The notes under the pieces are model-generated. The model saw nothing but the letters and a program-made list of their open reading frames with translations, was not told the origin of the DNA and made no database searches. This document shows, piece after piece, positions 53,685-62,799 of a stretch of 64,000 nt of DNA (the first letter of the stretch is position 1; each line of letters starts with the position of its first letter). The stretch comes from an uncultured Actinomycetota bacterium. GTDB lineage: Bacteria; Actinomycetota; Actinomycetes; Actinomycetales; Microbacteriaceae. Made by a program: the position numbers and the translations under genes. The stretch is taken from contig CAWBNZ010000018.1 of NCBI GenBank assembly GCA_963790235.1, positions 47,060 to 111,059 on the forward strand, written 5' to 3'.

Positions 53685-53746
53685 CTCCAACCCGGCACCA
53701 CTGCACCACTCACATCCGAAGCACACACAAGTAAGGAAGACACACA

Positions 53747-55036
53747 ATGAAGCGAAAGATCGGACTGGTCGCCGCTGCGACCGCCGCACTCATCGTTCTC
53801 GCAGGGTGCTCCACACCAGCACCCGTCGAAGACGAGGGTGGCAAGGACATCACCCTGTGGCTGATGGGCGGTGACACCCCGGATGCGCTGCGCGAATTCC
53901 TTCAGACAGAGTACGAAGACGCAACCGGGGGCACCCTCACTATCGAGGAGCAGGCCTGGGGCGACGCCCTTTCGAAGCTCACCACATCCCTGCCTGATGC
54001 CGAGAATACCCCGGATGTCGTGGAGATCGGCAACACCTGGTCGCCCACATTCACGACCGTCGGCGCGTTCAGCGACATCAGCGACATGTACGAGGAACTG
54101 GGCGGCGACAACCTGCTCCAGGGCTTCGTCGAGGTCGGCGAGGTGGATGGCGCGAACTACGCGCTGCCGTACTACTTCGGCTCGCGCTACATCTTCTACC
54201 GCAAGGACCTCTGGGCCGCGGCCGGACTCTCCGTGCCGACGACCCTCGAGGAGTTCAACGCGGGCGTCGCAACCCTGAAGACCGCCGGACAGTCGGGCTT
54301 CTACCTCGGCGGCCAGGACTGGCGCAACGGCATCTCATGGATCTTCGCGAACGGCGGAGACCTCGCGGCGAAGGACGGCGACACCTGGACGTCGACGCTG
54401 TCTGACCCGAACACCATCGCGGGTCTCGAGCAGCTGCAGGCGCTGTACACCAGCGCGTCGCTCGCCCCGGTGACCGAGGCTGACAGCACCCCGTGGGTCA
54501 ACATCAACAACAACGAGGCGACCGGGGCTCCCGAGGCCGCGACGATCATCGCTCCCGGATGGGCGCACTGGTCGATCGGTGACCTCACTCCCGACCCGGA
54601 GGATGCCACCAAGACCGTCGCGACCTGGAACCCGGAGACGTTCGGCGTCTTCGTGCTCCCGGGTGTCGACGGCGGCGTCGCCCCCGTGTTCGCGGGTGGC
54701 TCGAACATCGCGATCTCCGCAGCCAGCAAGAACCAGGCTGCGGCGCGCGAGCTGATGAAGATCATCTTCTCGCCGGAGTACCAGCAGCTGCTCGGTGCGA
54801 ACGGTCTCGGCCCGGCAAACCTCGAGTACGCGTCGTCGCTCGGCGATGACGAGTTCGCGACGGCGCTCGCCGAGTCGGCCGCCGGTTCCAAGCTGACGCC
54901 AGCGGCGCCCGGATGGGCTGCGGTCGAGGGCTCCGGTCTGCTCGAGGAGTTCTTCGGCAAGGTGAACGGCGGTGGCGACATCGAGGCGCTCGCCGCAGAG
55001 TACGACGAGAAGATCAACGAACTGCTGAACGGCTAA
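53747..55036 (+). CDS. Sugar ABC substrate-binding lipoprotein (DasA-like, GlcNAc oligomers)
   Basis: Lipobox VLAGC; TPDVVEIGNT, ALPYYFGSR.IFYRKDL, PVFAGGSNIAI. Confidence 0.9.
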   Translation: MKRKIGLVAAATAALIVLAGCSTPAPVEDEGGKDITLWLMGGDTPDALREFLQTEYEDATGGTLTIEEQAWGDALSKLTTSLPDAENTPDVVEIGNTWSPTFTTVGAFSDISDMYEELGGDNLLQGFVEVGEVDGANYALPYYFGSRYIFYRKDLWAAAGLSVPTTLEEFNAGVATLKTAGQSGFYLGGQDWRNGISWIFANGGDLAAKDGDTWTSTLSDPNTIAGLEQLQALYTSASLAPVTEADSTPWVNINNNEATGAPEAATIIAPGWAHWSIGDLTPDPEDATKTVATWNPETFGVFVLPGVDGGVAPVFAGGSNIAISAASKNQAAARELMKIIFSPEYQQLLGANGLGPANLEYASSLGDDEFATALAESAAGSKLTPAAPGWAAVEGSGLLEEFFGKVNGGGDIEALAAEYDEKINELLNG

Positions 55037-55053
55037 CACGCTGGAGCAGTAAC

Positions 55054-55089
55054 GCCGGTCGGGCAGCTCTGCCGGACTGCCCGACCGGC
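55054..55089 (+). terminator. Stem-loop after SBP gene
   Basis: GCCGGTCGGGCAG...CTGCCCGACCGGC, 13-bp perfect IR. Confidence 0.6.
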
Positions 55090-55129
55090 ACCATCACTCG
55101 TACGCTCGTTCAGGGGAGGAGGCTCCGCC

Positions 55130-56062
55130 ATGTCTGCAAACGACACCATGACCGTTCGACTTGCATCAACTCGACGCCGGGGCTTCCGCACCCCCTACGT
55201 GCTCGTGATCCCCGCGGTCGTGGCGCTGCTGCTCGGCATGGGCTATCCGCTCGTGTGGCAGGTCGTGACATCCATGCAGGAATTCGGACTGCAGCAGCAG
55301 TTCGGCAAGCCTGCCCCCTTCGTCGGGTTCGACAACTTCGTCGAGCTCGCCACCGACCCCCAGCTGTGGGCGGTCGTGGCCCGCTCGCTCGCGTTCTGCG
55401 TCGTGACCGCGGCGCTCACCCTCGCCATCGGAACCCTGCTCGCGCTGCTCATGGCGGCGGTCGGCAAGGTGCCGAAGCTCATCCTGCAGCTCGCTCTCCT
55501 GCTCGCGTGGGCGATGCCCGTCGTCGCCGCGATGACCGTGTGGATCTGGCTGTTCGACCGCCGGCGCGGTGCGATCAACTACCTGCTCGACATGATCCCC
55601 GGTGTCGAGATGAACCGGTTCGACTGGCTCTCGACCCCCCTGACCTTCTTCATCGTCGCGTGCATCGTCGTGGTGTGGATGTCGGTGCCGTTCGTCGCCT
55701 TCTCGGTGTACGCCGGCCTCACCCAGGTCTCCGACGAGGTGCTCGAAGCCGCCCAGCTCGACGGCGCGAGTGGATGGCAGCGCTTCAACTACGTCATCCT
55801 GCCGATGATCCGCCCGGTGATCGCGATCGTGCTGCTGCTGCAGCTCATCTGGGACCTGCGCGTGTTCACCCAGTTCAAGATGCTGCAGGAGGCGGGCTCG
55901 CGCGCGAGCGACTTCGACGTGCTCGGCACGTACGTGTACAAGCTCGGCACGAGCGCCCAGGACTTCGGGATGGCGTCGGCGGTCTCGATTCTCATCCTCG
56001 CGATCACGATCGCGCTCAGCTGGTTCTACGTGCGCCGCCTCATCAAGGAGGACGCGGAATGA
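55130..56062 (+). CDS. Sugar ABC permease (DasB-like)
   Basis: FVGFDNF, VWMSVPFVA, EVLEAAQLDGAS, IWDLRVFTQ. Confidence 0.92.
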   Translation: MSANDTMTVRLASTRRRGFRTPYVLVIPAVVALLLGMGYPLVWQVVTSMQEFGLQQQFGKPAPFVGFDNFVELATDPQLWAVVARSLAFCVVTAALTLAIGTLLALLMAAVGKVPKLILQLALLLAWAMPVVAAMTVWIWLFDRRRGAINYLLDMIPGVEMNRFDWLSTPLTFFIVACIVVVWMSVPFVAFSVYAGLTQVSDEVLEAAQLDGASGWQRFNYVILPMIRPVIAIVLLLQLIWDLRVFTQFKMLQEAGSRASDFDVLGTYVYKLGTSAQDFGMASAVSILILAITIALSWFYVRRLIKEDAE

Positions 56063-56914
56063 CCGCCCGCCGCGCAACACCGCGCGCCGTGAAACGCGCC
56101 CTCCTGGGACTGGTCGCGATCGTCATCGCGCTCATCTGGGTGTTCCCGGTCTACTGGATGGTGAACTCGGCGTTCCTTCCCACGATCATCCTGCAGAGCT
56201 TCATCCCGACCTTCTTCCCGATCCGCGGCACCCTGAGCAACTTCACGGGCGCGCTCGCGGACGGTTCGTTCTTCTCGCGCGCTCGGCATGAGCATCGGTA
56301 TCACGCTGCTCGTCGTGCTCGTGTGCATCGTGTTCGCGTTCCTCGCGGCGGTCGCGATCAGCCGCTTCCGGTTCCGCGGTCGCAAGAGCTTCGTGGTCGC
56401 CGTGCTGCTCGTGCAGATGCTGCCGGCCGAGGGCCTGTTCATCGCCCAGTACAAGATGGTCGCGAGCGTGCACCTGCTCGACACCGTCATCGGCGTGAGC
56501 GTCATCTACGTGGCCGCGGTCGTGCCGTTCACGATCTGGATGCTGCGCGGCTTCGTCGCGGGCATTCCCGCCGATCTCGAGGAAGCCGCGATGGTCGACG
56601 GGCTCAGCCGGTTCGGTGCGTTCATGCGCATCACGTTCCCGCTGCTCGCACCCGGGCTCGTCGCCTCCGGCGTCTACGCGTTCCTGCAGGCGTGGAACGA
56701 GTTCACCGTCGCGCTCGTGCTGCTGCCGTCCGAGGCCGCGCAGACCCTGCCGCTCTGGCTGCGTGGGTTCGTGCAGGCGAGCGCGACGCGCGAGACGGAC
56801 TGGGGGCAGGTGATGGCGGCATCCACCCTCGTTGCCGTTCCGGTGATCATCTTCTTCCTGATCGTGCAGGGCCGCCTGACCTCCGGGCTCGTCGCGGGAG
56901 CGGTGAAGGGATGA
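56059..56914 (+). CDS. Sugar ABC permease (DasC-like; frameshift near 56280)
   Basis: FPVYWMVNS + PFTIWMLRGFV..IPADLEEAAMVDG, AWNEF, GLVAGAVKG. Confidence 0.9.
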
Positions 56915-57853
56915 CGATCGACATCGACACCGCGATCGCCCCGCCGGGCACGCTTCGGGTCGGCATCGACATCGGCGGCACCAAGACCGACGCCGTGGCC
57001 GTGCTCGCCGACGGCAGCGTCGGCCGCCAGTTGCGACTGCCGACGGGCTTCGGTCCCGACGCGGTCGTCGAGACCGCGGTCACCGCCGTCACGCAGCTCG
57101 CCGAGCTCTCGGGCACGACCATCGACGAGTTCCGGTCGATCGGCATCGGCATTCCTGGGGCAGTGGATGGCACGGGCCGCGTCTCCCACGCCGTGAACCT
57201 GGGTCTCGACGGCCTCGACCTCGGCCTCCACCTCAGCGAACGGCTCGGACGCGACGTGCGCATCGACAACGACGTGAACGCCGCCGCGCTCGGTGTCTTC
57301 CACCGGCTCCACGGTGATTCGAAGCACTCCATGGCGTATCTCAACCTCGGGACCGGCCTGGCTGCTGGCTACGTGCTCGACGGCGTGCTGTGGCGCGGCG
57401 CGCGCGGCACGGCGGGCGAGATCGGCCACATCCCGGTGGACCCGAACGGCCCCGAGTGCCCGTGCGGGCAGCGCGGCTGCCTCGAGATGGTCGCGTCGGG
57501 TTCGGCGATCGCCCGGCAGTGGCCGACGGATGACCCGAAGCCCGCCCGCGCACTGTTCTCGGCCGCCGCCTCCGGCGACGTCGAGGCCGATCACCGTGCG
57601 CGACCGGTTCGTCGACAACGTCGCCGCGGCGGTGCGGATCCTCGTGCTCACGGTCGACGTCGACACCGTCGTGATCGGCGGCGGACTCAGCTCGCTCGGA
57701 GCACCCCTGCTCGATGCCGTGCGCGTCGTGCTCGAGTCGTGGGAGGCGTCGTCCCCGTTCCTCAAGTCGACCGAGCTCTCGCGCCGCGTTACGATCGTCC
57801 CGCAGGACTTCCCTGCCGCGGCGGTCGGTGCCGCCCTGGTCGGCGTCGGTTGA
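56911..57853 (+). CDS. ROK family sugar kinase (probable GlcNAc kinase; frameshift near 57590)
   Basis: GIDIGGTKT, GIGIPG, NDVNAAALG, GTGLAAG, GEIGH, CPCGQRGCLE; no HTH. Confidence 0.88.
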
Positions 57854-57920
57854 CGACCGAATCCACCCTGAGACAACGGAGGATGTCCTCGATGGCCGCC
57901 TGCCCGAACGGGTCCAGCTG

Positions 57921-58685
57921 ATGGCCGAGGTCGTCATCGTCCAGTCTGCCGAGGAAGCGGGCGAGCTCGCCGCAGGCGCGATCGCAGCGCTCGTCGCTCA
58001 GAAGCCGGATGCCGTGCTGGGCCTCGCCACCGGATCCACGCCGCTCACGACGTGGGCCGCCCTCGCGGCGCAGCACCTCGACCTCTCGCGGGTTCGCGGG
58101 TTCGCGCTCGACGAGTACGTGGGACTTCCGCCCGGGCATCCCGAGTCGTATCGCGCGGTCATCACGCGCGAGGTGGTGGAGCCGCTCGGGCTCACACCAG
58201 GGCTCGTCAGGGTTCCCGACGGTGCAATCGAGACCGTCGGCGTCGAGTACGAAGCAGCGATCGCCGCCGCGGGCGGCGTCGACCTGCAGGTGCTCGGCAT
58301 TGGCCGCACCGGGCACATCGGGTTCAACGAGCCCGGCTCGTCGTTCGCGTCGCGCACGCGCATCAAGACCCTCACCGAGCAGACCCGGCTCGACAACGCG
58401 CGGTTCTTCGACTCGGTGGACGACGTGCCCATGCACTGCGTGACGCAGGGGCTCGGCACGATCCTCGACGCGCGCCACCTCGTGCTGCTCGCGTTCGGCG
58501 AGGCGAAGGCTGAGGCGGTTGCGGGGGCTGTGGAGGGTCCGCTGACGGCGAACCTTCCGGGGTCGGCGGTGCAGTTGCATCCACACGTCAGCGTCATCGT
58601 CGATGAGGCGGCGGCGTCGCGGCTCGCGCACGCTGACTACTACCGGTATGCATGGGAGCATCGGTTTGCTTGGGAGCGGCTGTAG
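57921..58685 (+). CDS. nagB: Glucosamine-6-phosphate deaminase
   Basis: VLGLATGSTP, FALDEYVGL, GGVDLQVLGIG.TGHIGFNEPGS, TQGLGTI. Confidence 0.95.
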   Translation: MAEVVIVQSAEEAGELAAGAIAALVAQKPDAVLGLATGSTPLTTWAALAAQHLDLSRVRGFALDEYVGLPPGHPESYRAVITREVVEPLGLTPGLVRVPDGAIETVGVEYEAAIAAAGGVDLQVLGIGRTGHIGFNEPGSSFASRTRIKTLTEQTRLDNARFFDSVDDVPMHCVTQGLGTILDARHLVLLAFGEAKAEAVAGAVEGPLTANLPGSAVQLHPHVSVIVDEAAASRLAHADYYRYAWEHRFAWERL

Positions 58686-58749
58686 TTCGTCGAGCGTGAC
58701 GGCTTCGCCTCGCCTTGAGCGTTCTGCTCGCAGGCACGACCTTCGGAAA

Positions 58750-59883
58750 CTAGGCGATCAGCGCGCCATCGGCCCACACTGAGGTCACGCGCCAGTCGCG
58801 GTCGAGCAGCACGGCGTCGGCGACGAAGCCGGGGGCGAGCATGCCCGAGGCGGTGTTCGAGTCCGATCGCCTTCGCGGGGGTGCAGGTGAGGGCGGCGAT
58901 GGCTTCGCGCGGCTCGACGAATTCGATGGCGCGTCGGAGCGCGTCATCCTGGGTGAGGGTCGACCCGGCGATCGTTCCGGTGCCGCTCAGCATCGCGAGA
59001 CCCTCGCGCACCGACACGTTGAGCGCGCCGAGGCGGTAGTCGCCGTCGCCGACGCCCGCTGCCGCCATCGCGTCGGTGATGAGCGCGACGCGGCCCGGTG
59101 CGCCGTCGAACGCGAGCTTCGCGACGGCCGGGTGCACGTGCATCCCGTCGAGGATGAGCTCGAGCGTCACGCGGTCGTCCTCGAGGGCTGCGACCACGGG
59201 ACCGGGAGCTCGGTGGTGGATGCCCGGCATCGCGTTGAACGCGTGCGTGAGCACCCGCGCCCCCCGGTCGAACGCCTCCCCGGCCTGCTCGAAGGATGCC
59301 TCGGTGTGCCCGACCGCGACCGTGACGCCGTTCTCCACCAGTACGTCGACCGCCTCGAGTGCATTCGGCAGCTCGGGAGCGATCGTCAGGAGCCGCAGCG
59401 TGCCGCGCGCCGCGCCGAGCAACTGCTCGACGACGCCCGGCTGCGGTTCGAGGAGGTGGCCCGGGTGGTGGGCTCCACGACGCTCCTGCGCGAGGAACGG
59501 GCCCTCGAGGTGGGCACCGAGCACGAGCGGGTCGGCGGCGGCGAGGTCGGCGATCGCGGCGAGGGAGGTGAGCAGGGCATCCAGCGGATTGGCGACGAGG
59601 CTGATGAGCGAGCGGGTGGTGCCGTGCGCGCGGTGGGCGGCGAGGCCCGCGGCGATCGCCTCGACGCCCGTCGTCGTACTGGTGGCCGCCGCCGCCGTGG
59701 CCGTGCAGGTCGATGAAGCCCGGGCACCATCCAGTGCCCGCCGGCATCGACGACGGTGTCGGCGGCCGGCCAGGCGCCGGTGCCCGTGCGACGTCGATCG
59801 AGCCGCCGTCGAACAGCATCCAGAACGCGTCCTGCTCGCCGCTCGACGTCGAGCTTGCGGGCACTGTGGATGACGGTGGTCAC
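58750..59883 (-). CDS. nagA: N-acetylglucosamine-6-phosphate deacetylase (frameshifted)
   Basis: PGFIDLHGHGGGG, GAHLEGPFL, TIAPE, GHT, THAFNAM, DGMHV, ITDAMAAAG, IAGSTLT. Confidence 0.93.
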
Positions 59884-59919
59884 GCCACCAGCGTAGCGAG
59901 GCAGGACGAGCGGCGACGC

Positions 59920-60771
59920 TCAGCGGAAGATGATCGTGCGCGCGCCATCCAGCAGGATGCGGTGCTGCGAGAACCAGGCGACCGCCTGCGTGAGCGTGCG
60001 CGACTCCTGGTCCTGGCCGATCGCCATGAGCTCCGACGGGTCGCTCGCGTGGTCGACGCGCACGACGTTCTGCTCGATGATCGGGCCCTCGTCGAGGTCG
60101 CTCGTCACGAAGTGCGCCGTCGCGCCGATGAGCTTGACGCCGCGGGCGTGCGCCTGCCGGTACGGGTTCGCGCCCTTGAACCCCGGCAGGAACGAGTGGT
60201 GGATGTTGATGGCTCGCCCCGCGAGCGCGGCACAGAGTTCGGGCGAGAGGATCTGCATGTACCGCGCGAGCACCACGAGCTCGATGTCGTGCTGCTCGAC
60301 GACCTCGAGCACGCGATCCTCGAAGGCGAGCTTCTGCCCGGGCGTCGTCATCGGGTGCGACTCGAACGGGACGCCGTAGAACGCGGCCAGCTCGGCGAGG
60401 TCGCGGTGGTTGCCCATCACGAGCGGGATGTCGATCGCGAGCTGTCCGGCGCTGCGTCGGTAGAGCAGGTCGCCGAGGCAGTGCGCGGCGGTGGAGACGA
60501 GCACGAGGGTGCGGGTGGGGCGGCCGACGATGTCGAGCTGCCACGTCATCCCGAACCGGTCGATCACGGGCGTGAGCGCGGCGACGAAGCCCTCGCGGCT
60601 CACCGAGGATTCGACCTGCAGCCGCATGAAGAAGCGGCCGGTGTCTTCGCTCGAGAACTGGTGCGACTCGGTGATGTTGCCCTCGGCCTGCACGACCGCG
60701 CCACTCACGGCGTGCACGATGCCGGCGCTGTCGTCGCAGACGAGCGTCAGGATCCAGTGGGTCGAGGTCAC
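59920..60771 (-). CDS. purU: Formyltetrahydrofolate deformylase
   Basis: N-terminal ACT domain; VVLARYMQILS, INIHHSFLPGFKGANPYRQAH.RGVKLIGATAHFVT.DLDEGPIIEQ. Confidence 0.96.
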   Translation of the reverse strand: MTSTHWILTLVCDDSAGIVHAVSGAVVQAEGNITESHQFSSEDTGRFFMRLQVESSVSREGFVAALTPVIDRFGMTWQLDIVGRPTRTLVLVSTAAHCLGDLLYRRSAGQLAIDIPLVMGNHRDLAELAAFYGVPFESHPMTTPGQKLAFEDRVLEVVEQHDIELVVLARYMQILSPELCAALAGRAINIHHSFLPGFKGANPYRQAHARGVKLIGATAHFVTSDLDEGPIIEQNVVRVDHASDPSELMAIGQDQESRTLTQAVAWFSQHRILLDGARTIIFR

Positions 60772-60818
60772 GAAAGCAAGGGTATCGGCCCGTCGGTGGG
60801 CCTTCGTACTGTGGAGTC

Positions 60819-61478
60819 ATGGCGAAGCCGCCCGCGCCTCGAAAGCACTGGCCCGAGCACCACGAGCCGACGATCGATGTGCGGCCGGCCTACGGCAACT
60901 ATGACGACTTCTTCGAAGTGATCGGCGTGAAGAAGCCCGGCGGTGGCGGATGCTGGTGCATGGCCTACCGCGCGTCAGGAGTGCCGAACGCAGACCGTGG
61001 GCCGTACATGCAGCGTGAGTGCGCGACGGAGCCCGGACCGGGCGTTCTGGTGTACGTCGACGATGAGGTCGCCGGATGGTGCTCGATCGCTCCTCGCGAG
61101 CAGTACGGGCGGCTCAGCCGCACCCGCAAACTCGTGGTGCTCGACGACGAGCTCGACGCCTGGGTCGCTGTGTGCTTCGTGGTGCGCACCGGGTTCCGCG
61201 GCCGTGGGCTCATGCAGCACCTGTTGCGCGGGGCAGTCGAGCACGCCGAGCGGCATGGCGCCGACGTGATCGAGGGATATCCGATCCACACGGGCGGCGA
61301 GCGGGTCGACATCATCAGTGGCTACGTCGGCACCTCGGATCTGTTCGAGCGTGAAGGGTTCGAGATCGCCGCCGAGACCACTGCCGTGAGCGGCGGTCGC
61401 CCGCGGGTGCTGATGCGGCGCTATTTGACGGCTGGGGCGAAGCAGACGGCCGCGAGGGCGGCGGCGTCCGCGGAGTAG
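60819..61478 (+). CDS. GNAT family N-acetyltransferase
   Basis: GCWCMAYR, AGWCSIAPRE, WVAVCFVVRTGFRGRG, IEGYP. Confidence 0.88.
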   Translation: MAKPPAPRKHWPEHHEPTIDVRPAYGNYDDFFEVIGVKKPGGGGCWCMAYRASGVPNADRGPYMQRECATEPGPGVLVYVDDEVAGWCSIAPREQYGRLSRTRKLVVLDDELDAWVAVCFVVRTGFRGRGLMQHLLRGAVEHAERHGADVIEGYPIHTGGERVDIISGYVGTSDLFEREGFEIAAETTAVSGGRPRVLMRRYLTAGAKQTAARAAASAE

Positions 61479-61563
61479 TCTGGATCTCGATGACGCGGGC
61501 ATCCGTCATCCCGCAGGGCGGCGTCACGCCCCATTCCCCACTCCCCACGAATGGATCATTCAC

Positions 61564-62793
61564 GTGGCTGCGCGCAACAACACCTTCCCCTGGGTCGCCT
61601 TACTGGTGATCGCTGCGGCGATCTTCACCTCGGTGACGAGCGAATTCCTGCCGACCGGGCTGCTGCCCGACATGGCCGCGGAACTGAACGTGAGCGAGTC
61701 GCGGGTGGGCCTGCTCATCACCCTCTTCGCCGCAACCGTGGTCGTGTCCACCGCGCCGCTGTCGGCCCTCACCCGCCGGTTCTCGCGCAAGGGCCTCGTG
61801 ATCTTCGTGCTGCTCGTGTTCGTGGCATCCAATGTGCTGGCGGGTGTCGCGCCGAACTACGAGGTGCTCGCGGGCGCCCGCATCCTCGGTGGGCTCGCAC
61901 ACGGCCTGTTCTGGGCGACGGTTGGCGCGTACTCGGCGCACCTCGTGCCCAAGAAGCAGCTCGGTCGCGCGGTCGCGATCACGTCGGCCGGCGCGACTGC
62001 GGCGTTCGTGTTCGGTGTGCCGCTCGGCACCGCTCTTGGTCACGCAGTCGGATGGCGCCTCGCGTTCATCGTGATCGGCGGCATCGTGCTCGGGCTCGTG
62101 CTGCTCGTGGTGCGCTACCTGCCAGCGGTCGACCGGGTGAAGCTCGCGACCGCCGAGATCGCGCTGCCCGCTCGCCATGACAAGACGATCCCGGGCGTCG
62201 CGCTCGTCTGTGTTGTCGTGCTCGTGCTGCTCACCGGCCACAACCTCTTCTCCACCTACATCGCCCCATGGCTCATCACCGTCGGCAACATCGCGCCCGA
62301 CCAGGTGGCCGCCGTGCTGTTCCTCTACGGTGGTGCCGGCGCGATCGGCCTGTTCGCGGCCGGACTCGTCAGCGATCGGGTTCCTCGACTCGGCTTCCTG
62401 GTGACGGCCGCGCTCGTCGCCATCTCGGTCACGATCCTCGCGCTCGGAGCCGGCCTCCCGTGGCTGCTGCTCGTCGGCATGGGGCTGTGGGGCGCGGCGT
62501 TCGGCGGACTGCCGTCGATGATGCAGTCGCGGTTGCTGCAGTCGGCATCGCCGCGCATCCGCGACCTGTCATCGGCGTTCCTCACGACCTCGTTCAACAT
62601 CGGCATCGGCGGCGGTGCGCTCATCGGCGCGCTGCTGCTCGACCGCACCGACATCACCGTGCTGCCGTGGGTCTACCTGGCGGTCATCGGGCTCGCGGTG
62701 CTCATCGCGATCGTCGGCGACGCCGTGATCCGGCGCCGCTGGGGCGTGCCGACGGTGACGAAGTCGATCGACCTGCCGCCAGCGGGGCATTAG
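61564..62793 (+). CDS. MFS transporter (DHA1/AraJ-like)
   Basis: TSEFLPTGLLP.MA, RILGGLAHGLFW, GVPLGT, FNIGIGGGALIG; about 12 TM. Confidence 0.92.
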   Translation: MAARNNTFPWVALLVIAAAIFTSVTSEFLPTGLLPDMAAELNVSESRVGLLITLFAATVVVSTAPLSALTRRFSRKGLVIFVLLVFVASNVLAGVAPNYEVLAGARILGGLAHGLFWATVGAYSAHLVPKKQLGRAVAITSAGATAAFVFGVPLGTALGHAVGWRLAFIVIGGIVLGLVLLVVRYLPAVDRVKLATAEIALPARHDKTIPGVALVCVVVLVLLTGHNLFSTYIAPWLITVGNIAPDQVAAVLFLYGGAGAIGLFAAGLVSDRVPRLGFLVTAALVAISVTILALGAGLPWLLLVGMGLWGAAFGGLPSMMQSRLLQSASPRIRDLSSAFLTTSFNIGIGGGALIGALLLDRTDITVLPWVYLAVIGLAVLIAIVGDAVIRRRWGVPTVTKSIDLPPAGH

Positions 62794-62799
62794 TCCGAA

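Noticed and set aside
54913-57921. 1002-aa ORF suggesting a permease-ROK kinase fusion
   Set aside because: Artefact of a frameshift in the dasC-like gene plus ATGA overlaps; each gene has its own start
61479-61563. Possible riboswitch (two small hairpins) in the MFS leader
   Set aside because: GATGACG/CGTCATC stem is present, but no ACGR loops or other known aptamer consensus
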